A stretch of DNA of 64,000 nucleotides from Acidobacteriota bacterium (GTDB lineage Bacteria > Acidobacteriota > UBA6911 > RPQK01 > JADFOI01), in NCBI GenBank assembly GCA_963663035.1, contig OY760074.1, positions 160,001-224,000 on the forward strand, read 5' to 3'. The notes under the pieces were generated by a model. The model made no database searches and had not been told where the DNA came from. It was given only the letters and a program-made list of their open reading frames with translations. Numbering within the stretch: the stretch's first letter is position 1; each line of letters begins with the position of its first letter. Shown one piece after another: positions 18,348-28,953 of this stretch. The position numbers and the translations under genes are program-made.

Positions 18348-19991
18348 ATGAAGGCAATCCCAGGCAAACTTTTTTCTTTGAGAGTTTCGAGATCCACAGC
18401 ACTCCTGGCGTTTCTTTCGCTCTCGCTTTCCTCTTGTGGGTCTGAGACTGTCAGCAGCCCGGCCGGGTCTTTTGAGCTTCTGGAGGCGACCATAGAGGAT
18501 ATACATAATGCCTACAACTCGGGACAGCTCACTGCTCGCCAGCTGGTCCAACTCTATCTGGATCGGATTGAAGCCTATGACAGAAATGGACCACTCATTA
18601 ATTCCATCATCAATGTGAATCCCCAAGCACTCGAAGAGGCGGATAAACTGGATGCCGCCTTCGAGTCCTCCGGTTTGGTGGGCCCGCTTCACGGAATTCC
18701 AGTTATCCTCAAAGATCAGATTGATGCTGCCGGCGTGCAGACAACAATGGGCTCGGTGATCTTCAGGGACTACATTCCGGACTCAGACGCCTTTGCCATA
18801 TCAAAGCTCAGGGCAGCTGGTGCCATCGTTCTGGCTAAAGCCACCCTGGGTGAGTTGGGAGGCGGTGATACCCATGGGTCCCTCTTTGGGACAACACGAA
18901 ATCCCTATGCCTTGGATAGAACTGTGGGTGGTTCTTCCGGTGGGCCGGGTGGAGCCATTGCGGCAAACTTCGCTACCTTTGCGGTGGGGCAGGAAGGCTT
19001 TGCTTCGATTCGCAGGCCATCCTCCTTTAACTCTCTGGTGGGGATGAGACCATCGGCTGGCCTTGTCAGTCGAAGTGGGGTATGGAACGGATGGCCAACC
19101 TTAAACGGCTCTATGGGACCCATGGCACGCACGGTAAGAGATGTGGCCACGGTCTTGGAACTCCTGGTCGGCTATGATCCGGAAGATCCCATTACGGCCC
19201 GCGGGTTTGGCAAGACTCCGGAGAGCTACACGGCCTTCCTGAATGAGGATGGCCTAAGGGGAGCGCGGATTGGCGTCTTACGTGAGTCTATGGGTTCTAA
19301 TTCGGAGCCTGGGTCGGAAGATTTCCTGAAAGTCAAAGAGGTTTTCGACAAGGCCGTTGAAGACCTGAAAGCTGCGGGAGCCGAGCTGGTTGACCCGGTC
19401 GTTATTCCCGACCTGAAAGAGTTGCTGGGGAGAAGATCTGGGACTCCCTCCGGGGGGGGCGAGGGTAGTGATCCCTTCCAGGTCTACTTCGCCAGGAGCT
19501 CCAATCCCCCCTTCAAATCTCGTCAGGACGCCGTCGAGTCGCCCGACTTCGACAAGATGTTTCCATCTGCACAAAGGCGCCTGGCGGGAGGCTCACCTGA
19601 TCCGGAGGCTGAGGCAAGAGCTCAATTAAGACACTACGAATCTCTGGCAGCGGCGGAACGACTCATGACGAACCTCCTGAAGGTCATGGCGGATCATCAA
19701 CTGGACGCCATCGTTCACAATTCTGTAGAGCACACGCCGGCCATGATTGGGGACGGGACCAATCCGCCCTACCCCGGCTCGAGAGGAGCCCCCAACTTGA
19801 ACACCTTTTTACTGTACGTCCCCACCATCACGGTACCGGCGGGATTCACAACCGACAACCTTCCCACTGGGATCAGCTTCCTGGGAAGGCCCTACAGCGA
19901 GGGGACGATGATCAAACTGGCCTATTCCTATGAACAGGCCACAATGCATCGTAGACCACCGGAGAGCACACCCCCGCTTCCCCGTGACTAA
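18348..19991 (+). CDS. Amidase-signature family lipoprotein
   Basis: Lipobox LSSC. Motifs GPLHGIPVILKD (Lys), GGSSGG (cis-Ser) and ASIRRPS (Ser). Confidence 0.9.
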   Translation: MKAIPGKLFSLRVSRSTALLAFLSLSLSSCGSETVSSPAGSFELLEATIEDIHNAYNSGQLTARQLVQLYLDRIEAYDRNGPLINSIINVNPQALEEADKLDAAFESSGLVGPLHGIPVILKDQIDAAGVQTTMGSVIFRDYIPDSDAFAISKLRAAGAIVLAKATLGELGGGDTHGSLFGTTRNPYALDRTVGGSSGGPGGAIAANFATFAVGQEGFASIRRPSSFNSLVGMRPSAGLVSRSGVWNGWPTLNGSMGPMARTVRDVATVLELLVGYDPEDPITARGFGKTPESYTAFLNEDGLRGARIGVLRESMGSNSEPGSEDFLKVKEVFDKAVEDLKAAGAELVDPVVIPDLKELLGRRSGTPSGGGEGSDPFQVYFARSSNPPFKSRQDAVESPDFDKMFPSAQRRLAGGSPDPEAEARAQLRHYESLAAAERLMTNLLKVMADHQLDAIVHNSVEHTPAMIGDGTNPPYPGSRGAPNLNTFLLYVPTITVPAGFTTDNLPTGISFLGRPYSEGTMIKLAYSYEQATMHRRPPESTPPLPRD

Positions 19992-20007
19992 GATGCTGCC
20001 ATTTCAC

Positions 20008-20036
20008 TTGATCCCGACCGGGAACAGGGATAAAAT
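20008..20036 (+). promoter_or_regulatory. Putative sigma70 promoter of the amidohydrolase array
   Basis: TTGATC-N17-TAAAAT about 70 bp upstream of the ATG at 20106. A related TTGCTA...TAAGAT precedes copy 2 (22130..22159). Confidence 0.45.
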
Positions 20037-20105
20037 TGCAGGAAAAGGAACGGATAACCGATTTCGAGCAGAGTGTTTCAACCGATTGATTCAAAGGAGA
20101 TCACC

Positions 20106-22046
20106 ATGAGTAAGCATCTGAAAATTGTTACCAACCTTGTTCTTTGTCTGAGCGTTCTGTTGCTTTTCCAAGCCACGAACCTGTCCGCTCAACTGGCTCC
20201 CGAGGTCGCCCAAATGGGTTACGCGGACACCCTCTTTATCAACGGCAAGGTGGTGAGCATGGACGATACGTCCAAGTCAGCCGATCCCGGGAATATTTAT
20301 CAGGCCATGGCCATCAAAGGGGACAGGATCATGAAGCTGGGGACCAGCGCCCAAGTCCGGGCCCTGGCGGGACCCGACACAACGACTTATGATCTGGAGG
20401 GGAGAACCATCATCCCGGGCATTGTCGAGACTCACAGCCACATGTACGGTGGTGCTGTGCGGTTACTGGATCGGTTAGGCTTTAAGTATCCCCCCGAAGG
20501 AGTCTCTTTTTTCTCAGCCACAGCACACCCGACCGATCTGGAACAAACTCAGCAGATCCTGAAGGAGGGCATCCAGGATGCGGTCACCAAGGTGGAACCG
20601 GGTGACTGGATAGTGTTTAGTTTGCAGGGTCATCCTGATCAACCACCCTTGCAGCTCAAGCTGTGGGGAAACACTCGGCGTATTACCAACCGCAGGACCA
20701 TGGATCTGTGGGCACCGGAGAACCCAGTGCTGATGCGGCCTGGGAACAGAGGGAATATCAATTCCAAGGCCATGGAGATCATGGAGGAGTTTCTCCCCGG
20801 CTATGGCGCCTCCATCCACGAGACCATGCACGGAGACGTCATCGGAGTGGACATTGAAGAGACCGGCTGGGTGGGAAGCCAGGAGATGTCCGTGATCACC
20901 TGGGAGCTGTTTCTGGAGAAGCTGCCTCTGGCCACTCTGGCCGAGGCTATCAGGATCATCTCGGAGAACGCCACCCGTTCAGGAATCACCACTTTTTCAA
21001 GCCGCATCCAGTTCCCCAAGATCATGAGTGGGTATGCCACCCTGGCCGGATTGGGTCAAATGCCGATTCGATTCGCAGCTCACTATGAAATCCACCGCAT
21101 GCCCACCGATCCCCAGCAGACCCGTCAGATCTATCGACGGACAGGAGTCCTGCAGGGAATTGGAGACGATTACCTTTGGATTGACGGCGTGGCCTCAGAG
21201 CGCTGGGATTCCCAGTATCCGGAAGCGTGCACGGGTGCAGATACCGTAGCTCCAGCCAACATCAAAGCTCGAGAAGTCTGCCCGGTACCCGGGGAACTGC
21301 CTTGGGACACACTTGAGAATGCGGCCGCGGCCGGCTGGCGGCTGGCTGGAATACATATGTGTGGCAGCGAAAGCTTGCGAGCCTTCTTTCGGATGATCGA
21401 TGAGGCCCGCGAAGTGAACGGCTGGACGATGCAGCAGACGCGTGACATGAGGCTGACAGGCGAGCACTGCAATGTGATTGGTAAATCCCCCGAAACCTTA
21501 AAGGGATTGGTGGATTATGGGATGATCTTGAGCTGCAGTCCCGGAACCGCCATCAATGAGTCACCTGCCTGGGTTCGAGACTACGGCGAACAGATTCAGC
21601 CCTTTATCCAGCCCTACAAGACCTGGATTGACGCGGGTGTGAACCTGGTGGGGCAGAGTTGGGGTGGTGCTGGAGGGCTTGCCCAGTTGTGGCGGGCCAC
21701 GACTCGCCGACAGGGTGAGACAGTCTGGCAGCCCGATGAACGGATTGACCGGGTGCAAGCTCTCAAGATGTATACATCCTGGGCATCCCGATATGTCCTC
21801 AAAGAGGACGAAATTGGAACGCTGGAAGAGGGAAAGCTGGCTGATCTGGTTGTCTTGAGTAGTGATTTCTTCACTGTTCCGGTCGATGACATTTTAACAG
21901 TCCGTACTCCCATGACCATGGTAGGCGGCAAGATTGTCCAGTTACAGGAATCACTGGCAAATGCCTTTGGCGTTGACCAGGTGGGACCCGTCCGCGAAGT
22001 TCAAACAGACGACGAGTTGACGGCCCGATACCTGTCAGATAACTAA
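20106..22046 (+). CDS. Exported amidohydrolase_3 (YtcJ-like), paralog 1
   Basis: Signal peptide. Motifs PGIVETHSH, GIHMCG, EHC, ALKMYT and GTLEEGKLADLVVL. Confidence 0.85.
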   Translation: MSKHLKIVTNLVLCLSVLLLFQATNLSAQLAPEVAQMGYADTLFINGKVVSMDDTSKSADPGNIYQAMAIKGDRIMKLGTSAQVRALAGPDTTTYDLEGRTIIPGIVETHSHMYGGAVRLLDRLGFKYPPEGVSFFSATAHPTDLEQTQQILKEGIQDAVTKVEPGDWIVFSLQGHPDQPPLQLKLWGNTRRITNRRTMDLWAPENPVLMRPGNRGNINSKAMEIMEEFLPGYGASIHETMHGDVIGVDIEETGWVGSQEMSVITWELFLEKLPLATLAEAIRIISENATRSGITTFSSRIQFPKIMSGYATLAGLGQMPIRFAAHYEIHRMPTDPQQTRQIYRRTGVLQGIGDDYLWIDGVASERWDSQYPEACTGADTVAPANIKAREVCPVPGELPWDTLENAAAAGWRLAGIHMCGSESLRAFFRMIDEAREVNGWTMQQTRDMRLTGEHCNVIGKSPETLKGLVDYGMILSCSPGTAINESPAWVRDYGEQIQPFIQPYKTWIDAGVNLVGQSWGGAGGLAQLWRATTRRQGETVWQPDERIDRVQALKMYTSWASRYVLKEDEIGTLEEGKLADLVVLSSDFFTVPVDDILTVRTPMTMVGGKIVQLQESLANAFGVDQVGPVREVQTDDELTARYLSDN

Positions 22047-22055
22047 AGCAGTTCT

Positions 22056-22105
22056 GGAGGCCGCCGCCCATGGCGGCCTCCTCCCCTCCTCCCCCCCCCC
22101 TTTTT
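22056..22105 (+). terminator. GC hairpin / terminator-like element between paralogs 1 and 2
   Basis: GGAGGCCGCC-loop-GGCGGCCTCC followed by a pyrimidine tract (C10 then T5). Duplicated at 24174. Confidence 0.5.
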
Positions 22106-22207
22106 CTGGCACACAATGGATGTTTCCCCTTGCTACTGGCAGGGAAGGGCGTATAAGATTGCAAAAAAAAGAGAGAGTAACAACCGATTGATTCAAAGGA
22201 GATTACC

Positions 22208-24163
22208 ATGAGTAAGCATCTGAAAATTATCACCAACCTTGTTCTTTGTCTGAGCGTTCTGTTGCTTTTCCAAGCCACGAACTTGTCCGCTCAGCTGGCT
22301 CCCGAGGTAGCCCAAATGGGTTACGCGGACACGATCTTTGTCAACGGCAAGGTGGTAACCCTGGACGATACGTCCAGCTCAGCCAACCCCGGGAATATCT
22401 ATCAGAGCATTGCCATCAAAGGGGACAGGATCATGAAGCTGGGGACCAGCGCCCAAGTCCGGGCCCTGGCGGGACCCGACACAACGACTTATGATCTACA
22501 GGGGAGAACCGTGATCCCGGGCATTGTCGAGACTCACAGCCACATGTACGGCGGTGCCGTGCAGTTGCTGGATCGCTTAGGCTTTAAGTATCCCCCCGAC
22601 GGAGTCTCTTTTTTCTCAGCTACAGCACACCCGACCGACCTGGAACAAACCCAGCAGATCCTGAAAGAGGGTATCCAGGATGCGGTCACCAAGGTGGAAC
22701 CGGGTGACTGGATTGTCTTTAACCTGAGAGGTCATCCTGATCAACCACCCTTGCAGCTCAAGCTGTGGGGAAACACTCGGCGTATTACCAACCGCAGGAC
22801 TATAGATCTGTGGGCACCGGATAACCCGGTGCTGATGCAGCCTGGGAACAGAGGGAATATCAATTCCAAGGCCATGGAGATCATGGAGGAGTTTCTCCCC
22901 GGCTATGGCGCCTCCATCCACGAGACCATGCACGGGGACGTCATCGGAGTGGACATTGAAGAGACCGGCTGGGTGGGAAGCCAGGAGATGTCCGTGATCA
23001 CCTGGGAGCTGTTTCTGGAGAAGCTGCCTCTGGCCACTCTGGCCGAGGCTATCAGGATCATCTCGGAGAACGCCACCCGTTCAGGAATCACCACTTTTTC
23101 AAGCCGCATCCAGTTCCCCAAGATCATGAGTGGGTATGCCACCCTGGCCGGATTGGATCAAATGCCGATTCGGTTCGCAGCTCACTATGAAATCCACCGC
23201 ATGCCCACCGATCCCCAGCAGACCCGTCAGATCTATCGGCGGACGGGAGTCCTGCAGGGAATTGGAGACGATTTCCTTTGGATTGACGGTGTGGCCTCAG
23301 AGCGTTGGGATTCCCAGTATCCGGAATCGTGCACGGGTGCGGATACCATAGCTCCAGCCAACATCAAGGCTCGGGAAGTCTGCCCGGTACCCGGGGAACT
23401 GCCTTGGGACACACTTGAGAATGCGGCCGCTGCCGGCTGGCGGCTGGCTGGAGTTCACATGTGTGGCAGCGAAAGTTTGCGAGCCTACTTTCGGATGATC
23501 GATGAGGCCCGCGAAGTGAATGGCTGGAGCATGCAGCAGGTGCGCGACATGAGGCTGACAGGCGAGCACTGCAATTTGATTGGTAAAGCCCCCGAAATCA
23601 TAAAGGGATTGGTGGATTACGGGATGATCCTGAGCTGCAGTCCCGGAACCGCCGTCAATGAGTCACCTGCCTGGGTTCGAGACTACGGCGAACAGATCCA
23701 GCCCTTTATCCAGCCCTACAAGACCTGGATTGAAGCAGGTGTGAGGCTGGTGGGGGAGGGTTGGGGTGGTGGATTTGGTGGTGGAGCACCCTTTGCCAAG
23801 ACGTGGCTGGCGGCAACTCGCCAGGATCCCGAGGGGAATGTCTGGCAGCCCGATGAACGGATTGACCGGGTGCAGGCCCTCAAGATGTATACATCCTGGG
23901 CATCAAACTATGTCCTCAAGGAGGACGAGCTCGGAACCCTGGAAGAGGGTAAGCTGGCAGATCTGGTTGTTTTGGATCGTGACTTCTTTACCATTCCGCT
24001 CAATGACGTTTTGAAAGTCCGTACTCCCATGACCATGGTAGGCGGAAAGATTATTCAGTTACAGGAATCACTGGCCAATGCCTTTGGCGTTGACCAGGTT
24101 GGACCCGTCCAGGAAGTCCAAACAGACGAGGAGATGACGTCTCGATACCTGGGAGATAACTGA
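22208..24163 (+). CDS. Exported amidohydrolase_3 (YtcJ-like), paralog 2
   Basis: Same motifs as paralog 1, with long stretches of identical DNA. Confidence 0.85.
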   Translation: MSKHLKIITNLVLCLSVLLLFQATNLSAQLAPEVAQMGYADTIFVNGKVVTLDDTSSSANPGNIYQSIAIKGDRIMKLGTSAQVRALAGPDTTTYDLQGRTVIPGIVETHSHMYGGAVQLLDRLGFKYPPDGVSFFSATAHPTDLEQTQQILKEGIQDAVTKVEPGDWIVFNLRGHPDQPPLQLKLWGNTRRITNRRTIDLWAPDNPVLMQPGNRGNINSKAMEIMEEFLPGYGASIHETMHGDVIGVDIEETGWVGSQEMSVITWELFLEKLPLATLAEAIRIISENATRSGITTFSSRIQFPKIMSGYATLAGLDQMPIRFAAHYEIHRMPTDPQQTRQIYRRTGVLQGIGDDFLWIDGVASERWDSQYPESCTGADTIAPANIKAREVCPVPGELPWDTLENAAAAGWRLAGVHMCGSESLRAYFRMIDEAREVNGWSMQQVRDMRLTGEHCNLIGKAPEIIKGLVDYGMILSCSPGTAVNESPAWVRDYGEQIQPFIQPYKTWIEAGVRLVGEGWGGGFGGGAPFAKTWLAATRQDPEGNVWQPDERIDRVQALKMYTSWASNYVLKEDELGTLEEGKLADLVVLDRDFFTIPLNDVLKVRTPMTMVGGKIIQLQESLANAFGVDQVGPVQEVQTDEEMTSRYLGDN

Positions 24164-24173
24164 AGCAGTTCTG

Positions 24174-24213
24174 GAGGCCGCCCCTGGCGGCCTCTTCCCC
24201 CCACCCTTTCTTT
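24174..24213 (+). terminator. GC hairpin between paralogs 2 and 3
   Basis: GAGGCCGCC-CCT-GGCGGCCTC followed by a pyrimidine tract. Homologous to 22056. Confidence 0.45.
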
Positions 24214-24239
24214 GGAGTCATCCGCCAATGGAGATCACC

Positions 24240-26177
24240 ATGAGCCAACATCTAAGAATTGTGACCAACCTTGTTCTTTGTCTGAGCGTTCTCTTGGTTT
24301 TCGAAGCTACCAATCTGTCCGCTCAGTTAGCTCCCGAGGTGGCCCAAATGGGCTACGCTGACACGATCTTTGTCAACGGCAAGATCGTGAGCATGGACGA
24401 TTACTCCAACTCAACCAGTACCGGGACTCTCTATCAAGCCATTGCCGTCAAAGGGACCAAGATCATGAAGCTGGGGACCAGCGCTCAAGTCCGGGCCCTG
24501 GCGGGACCCGACACAACGACTTATGATCTGCAGGGGAGAACCCTGATTCCCGGCATTATCGAGCCTCACACCCACATGTACGGCCGGGCCGTGCAGTACC
24601 TGGATCGGTTAGGCTTTAAGTACCCTCCCGAGGGTGTGGTGATGGCGACGACCAATGCCGAGCGTACGCTTGAAGAAACTCAGGCCAACGTGAAGAACGC
24701 ACTCCAGGAAGCGGTCGAGAAGGCCAACCCCGGCGACTGGGTCGTGCTCAGGGTGACCCCTCACCCTGACGCACCCGTTGAGCTGCGGGTCTGGGCCTGG
24801 ACTCGACGTTTGACCGAGAAGAAGACCATCGACCTGTGGGGAGGTAATGAGAATCCGGTTCTGCTTCAACCCAGCACGAGAGGCTGGGTGAATTCCAAGG
24901 CACTGGAGGTCTTGGAGGAGTTTCTCCCCGGATATGGCGCCTCCATTCACGAGACCATGCACGGGGACGTCATCGGAGAGGACATCACCGAAATCGGATG
25001 GGTGGGCAGCCAGGAGATGTCCGTGATTACCTGGGAGCTGTTTCTGGAAAAACTGCCTCTGGCCACTCTGGCCGAGGCCATCAGGATCATCTCGGAGGAT
25101 GCCACCCGTACCGGAATCACCACTTTTTCAAGCCGCATCCAGTTCCCCAAGATCATGAGTGGGTATGCCACCCTGGCCGGATTGGGTAAAATGCCGATTC
25201 GCTTTTCAGCTCACTATGAAATCCACCGCATGCCGACCGACCCCCAGCAAACCCGTCAGATCTATCGGCGGACTGGAGTGCTGCAGGGAATTGGAGACGA
25301 TTATCTGTGGATTGACGGTGTGGCCTCAGAGCGCTGGGATTCGAATTACCCCGAGTCTTGTACAGGACCGGATACCATTGCTCCACCGCACATCAAAGCT
25401 CGAGAGGTTTGCCCGGTACCCGGGGAACTGCCTTGGGATACGCTTGAAAACGCCGCCGCCGCCGGCTGGCGCCTGGCGGGAGTGCACATCTGCGGCAGCG
25501 AAAGTGCACGAGCTTTCTTTCGGATGATCGATGAGGCCCGCGAAGTGAATGGCTGGTCGATGCAGCAGGTTCGAGACATGAGGTTGACAGGCGAACACTG
25601 CGGTCTGGTCGGACAACTCCCCGAGATCATCAAGGGATTGAAGGATTATGGGGTCATCTTGAGCTGCGGTCCCGGAAGGGTCATGAGTGAGTCACCTTCC
25701 TGGATTGCAGACTACGGCGAGCAAATTGAGCCTTTTATTCTGCCCTTCAACACCTGGATCAAAGAGGGGGTGAAACTGGTCGGGCAGGATTGGGGTGGTT
25801 CACCACCCATGGGCAAGCTGTGGCAGGCGGTAACTCGCCAGGATCCGGATGGGGTCGTGTGGCAGCCCAATGAACGGGTTGACCGCGTGCATGCCCTCAA
25901 GATGTGGACTTCCTGGGCCTCCGAATATGTCCTCAAAGAGAACCAACTCGGAAGCCTGGAAGAGGGAAAGTTCGCAGATCTGGTTGTTCTGGACCGTGAC
26001 TACTTTACAATTCCAACCAATGACATTTTGAAGGTCCGGACTCCCATGACCATGGTCGGCGGAAAGATAATCCAGTTACAGGAATCACTGGCAGCTGCCT
26101 TTGGCGTTGACCAGGTGGGACCCGTCTACAGCTTTTCAGATGAGGAAGTGACGGCTCGATTCCTGGGAGATAACTGA
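24240..26177 (+). CDS. Exported amidohydrolase_3 (YtcJ-like), paralog 3
   Basis: Motifs [22 protein letters not shown] and [14 protein letters not shown]. Confidence 0.85.
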   Translation: MSQHLRIVTNLVLCLSVLLVFEATNLSAQLAPEVAQMGYADTIFVNGKIVSMDDYSNSTSTGTLYQAIAVKGTKIMKLGTSAQVRALAGPDTTTYDLQGRTLIPGIIEPHTHMYGRAVQYLDRLGFKYPPEGVVMATTNAERTLEETQANVKNALQEAVEKANPGDWVVLRVTPHPDAPVELRVWAWTRRLTEKKTIDLWGGNENPVLLQPSTRGWVNSKALEVLEEFLPGYGASIHETMHGDVIGEDITEIGWVGSQEMSVITWELFLEKLPLATLAEAIRIISEDATRTGITTFSSRIQFPKIMSGYATLAGLGKMPIRFSAHYEIHRMPTDPQQTRQIYRRTGVLQGIGDDYLWIDGVASERWDSNYPESCTGPDTIAPPHIKAREVCPVPGELPWDTLENAAAAGWRLAGVHICGSESARAFFRMIDEAREVNGWSMQQVRDMRLTGEHCGLVGQLPEIIKGLKDYGVILSCGPGRVMSESPSWIADYGEQIEPFILPFNTWIKEGVKLVGQDWGGSPPMGKLWQAVTRQDPDGVVWQPNERVDRVHALKMWTSWASEYVLKENQLGSLEEGKFADLVVLDRDYFTIPTNDILKVRTPMTMVGGKIIQLQESLAAAFGVDQVGPVYSFSDEEVTARFLGDN

Positions 26178-26193
26178 AGTAGTTGAGGAGACG

Positions 26194-26781
26194 ATGGCGG
26201 TAAAGAACATTCTCATGCTGGTGGGCGATTTCGTTGAGGACTACGAAGCCATGGTTCCCTTTCAGATCTTGACCATGGTGGGTCATACGGTCCATACAGT
26301 TTGTCCCGACAAGAAGTCGGGCGAATCAGTGCGGACAGCGGTCCACGATTTTGAGGGGGACCAGACCTACACCGAGAAGCCGGGCCACAACTTTGCCCTC
26401 AACGCCACCTTTGCAGAGATCAAACCCGAGACCTACGACGCACTGGTCATCCCGGGAGGGCGGGCACCGGAATACCTTCGACTCAACGAGACTGTCTTAG
26501 ACGTCGTCCGGCACTTTTCGGAAGCCAACAAACCCATTGCCGCCATCTGTCATGGACTCCAGATTTTGACGGCAGCGGGCGTGGTCGAGAATAAGCTCTG
26601 CACCGCTTATCCGGCCGTCCAACCTGAGCTGATTCAGGCAGGTGCCAAGTGGGGGGAGGTCAACGCCACCTTCTCTAATGCGTATGTGGATGGAAACCTT
26701 GTCACAGCAGCAGCCTGGCCCGGCCATCCGGAGTGGATGGCTAAGTTCCTGGAAGTGCTCGGCACCAGAATAGACCCCTAG
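26194..26781 (+). CDS. DJ-1/PfpI family protein
   Basis: Motifs [19 protein letters not shown] and AICHG (catalytic Cys). Confidence 0.92.
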   Translation: MAVKNILMLVGDFVEDYEAMVPFQILTMVGHTVHTVCPDKKSGESVRTAVHDFEGDQTYTEKPGHNFALNATFAEIKPETYDALVIPGGRAPEYLRLNETVLDVVRHFSEANKPIAAICHGLQILTAAGVVENKLCTAYPAVQPELIQAGAKWGEVNATFSNAYVDGNLVTAAAWPGHPEWMAKFLEVLGTRIDP

Positions 26782-26792
26782 TCGGGGAATTT

Positions 26793-28946
26793 TCAAAAGT
26801 CAAAGATATAGGTGAGCTTGGCGATAAGTGCCCTTTCCCTGACCTCGCCGTCGGTGCTGCGACTTTCGTTGTAGACCACAAAGAGATCGCTCAGAGGCTT
26901 GTGAATGAAGTTGAAGCGAATGTTGCTGGAAATCTCGTCCACGGTGCTGTTGTACTGGATCAGAGCGTTCAAGAACATGCGGGGGCTGAAGGAGTAGTTG
27001 AGGCGGGTGGTGACCAGATCGGTGGAAAAATCGCCCGAGGGTAGATCCACATCTTCGTGTTTCCAGGAAAGGTCCACGACAAACTGGTGATTGGGCTGGA
27101 AGAGGAAGCCAGCGGTGTAGGTGTCCTGGTGGCCGTCAAAGAACTCCCCGATTCTCAGATTGATGCTGCCACTGAACATGCGGCTTCGGTCGCTGGAGAA
27201 ACTGGCGGCAATATCCTCAAACACGTAGTCTCCCACCGCGATGTCCTGAGTGGAGAGGATGGAAAAGGGCTCATCCAGTCGTTCAAACCGAACCCGGTGT
27301 GTAATCCCGAATAAGGCTCCATTCTGAAAGTCGATGGAGAGCCTCTGATCGAAGCTCTTGTCTTCTACCCGGTTGTCCTGATCTGTGATGTACTCGATTC
27401 CGGTGGAGGGCCTGAACTCCCGAATCCAGGGAATTCGCTCTTCCGGTCGGAACTTGAAGGTGAACTCCCCAAGGCTTTTTCTCATCTTCTTGCGGGGTAC
27501 GAATCCCACTTCTGGATTGAAATTCTCTTCAATGGAGAGATAATTTCCCGAAATGTTAAAGCGCTGGTCCTCCCACCCCGCGAAGAGACCGCCTGCCGTG
27601 TCCTGGCCCGTGAGTCCGGGAGTGTCGGTTTTCAGAAAAAAGGAAGCGATTTCCAGGTATCGCATGAAGCGCAGATGGTTGTCCAGGCCGTAGGTGCGGT
27701 TGTGTTCACCGCCTCCTTGCTTGTTAATGAAGACGCCGCCCACATCGGAGCTGTTGAAGATGTCTCTGCGCACCCGGGCTACCGAAAAATTGGTGGAAGG
27801 GAGCTCTTCAAATTCATCGGTCTGAATGGAGAGGAAGCCAAGGCGATATTTGCCTGCACTGCCTGTGAGGCGGGCTCCCCCCAGGATCGGTACCACCCGG
27901 CCTCCAGAGAGGCCGATGCGGCGAGTGAAAAAAGCAATCATGTCGCGGTTTCTGTTGCGAAGCTCCCTACCCTGCCTCCTCACCTGAAACAGAGCCGCAT
28001 TTTCCAGGAAAAACTCCCGCTTCTCTGGGAAAAACAGCGGGAACCGGGTCAGATTGATCTGCTGCCGATCTGCCTCCACTTGAGAGAAGTCCGTGTTCAC
28101 CGTGACATCCAGGGCCAGACCCGTGGTCACTCCGAATTTCACATCCAGCCCCACATCGGGAGTGAAATCCACGTCATCTCCCTCGCGACGAAGGATGGGA
28201 GCCAACACGTAGGGTTTCACATAGAGACTGTTGCCCTGGCGAATTCCGTTGAGACCGTTCAGCTCCCCGGCCATCGAGACCCGGCTGGTGAGATAGGAGC
28301 GGGGTATGGCTGACCAGTTGACGCTCTCGAACTTGCGGCGGATATTGCGGCCAAAGTTCAGTCCCCAAACCTGTTGCTCGTCTTCGCGAAAACGAAAGGT
28401 ACGGAAGGGGATGGCTATTTCCGCCTGCCAACCCAGCTCGGTGATTCTGGTATTCACATACCAGATGCCGTCCCAGTCATAGTTTCTTGTCTCTCCGTCT
28501 CCGGAAATCTGGCCGTCCCGCTTGGCTCCCCCCGGGTTGGTGGAGAGTATGAAGCCGTTGCGATTGTCATCAAAGGTGTCAAAAACCATGGTGAAGGTGT
28601 CATTGTCGCGGGGAGTGAAATCCCTGGCGAGATTGTTCACAACGATCCCCTCCGGGCCCGCAGAGTCAAAACAGTACACTCCCAGATACAGGTTCTCGTC
28701 ATCGTAAAGGATCCTTACTTCGGTCCTCTCGCTGCTCGGCTCACCTGTTCTCGGCTCCTTCTGAATGAAATCGGAGGTGGGCTCGGCCAGGCTCCATGCC
28801 GCCTCGTCCAGGATACCGTCCATGACAATGGGAGATTCGATGAAAGTGGCAGTGACCTTCCGGCCTGGGTCCTGGGCCAGGGAGGCCTGGGTCCAGCAGC
28901 ACAGGGCCAGAGCAGTTCCCACCAGCCGGTAGACTCTCCCTGGCAA
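26793..28946 (-). CDS. CBM9-like + DUF5916 exported/outer-membrane protein, downstream paralog
   Basis: Motifs DG.LDEAAW, WQAEIAIPF, WGLNFGR and VNTDFSQVEAD..INLTRF.LFFPEKREFFLE. Probable TTG start. C-terminal Phe. Confidence 0.85.
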   Translation of the reverse strand: MPGRVYRLVGTALALCCWTQASLAQDPGRKVTATFIESPIVMDGILDEAAWSLAEPTSDFIQKEPRTGEPSSERTEVRILYDDENLYLGVYCFDSAGPEGIVVNNLARDFTPRDNDTFTMVFDTFDDNRNGFILSTNPGGAKRDGQISGDGETRNYDWDGIWYVNTRITELGWQAEIAIPFRTFRFREDEQQVWGLNFGRNIRRKFESVNWSAIPRSYLTSRVSMAGELNGLNGIRQGNSLYVKPYVLAPILRREGDDVDFTPDVGLDVKFGVTTGLALDVTVNTDFSQVEADRQQINLTRFPLFFPEKREFFLENAALFQVRRQGRELRNRNRDMIAFFTRRIGLSGGRVVPILGGARLTGSAGKYRLGFLSIQTDEFEELPSTNFSVARVRRDIFNSSDVGGVFINKQGGGEHNRTYGLDNHLRFMRYLEIASFFLKTDTPGLTGQDTAGGLFAGWEDQRFNISGNYLSIEENFNPEVGFVPRKKMRKSLGEFTFKFRPEERIPWIREFRPSTGIEYITDQDNRVEDKSFDQRLSIDFQNGALFGITHRVRFERLDEPFSILSTQDIAVGDYVFEDIAASFSSDRSRMFSGSINLRIGEFFDGHQDTYTAGFLFQPNHQFVVDLSWKHEDVDLPSGDFSTDLVTTRLNYSFSPRMFLNALIQYNSTVDEISSNIRFNFIHKPLSDLFVVYNESRSTDGEVRERALIAKLTYIFDF

Positions 28947-28953
28947 GAGGCCC

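Noticed and set aside
22091-22100. C10 tract as a phase-variation switch
   Set aside because: It is intergenic, follows a hairpin and lies upstream of the putative -35, so length changes would alter neither a reading frame nor a promoter spacer.
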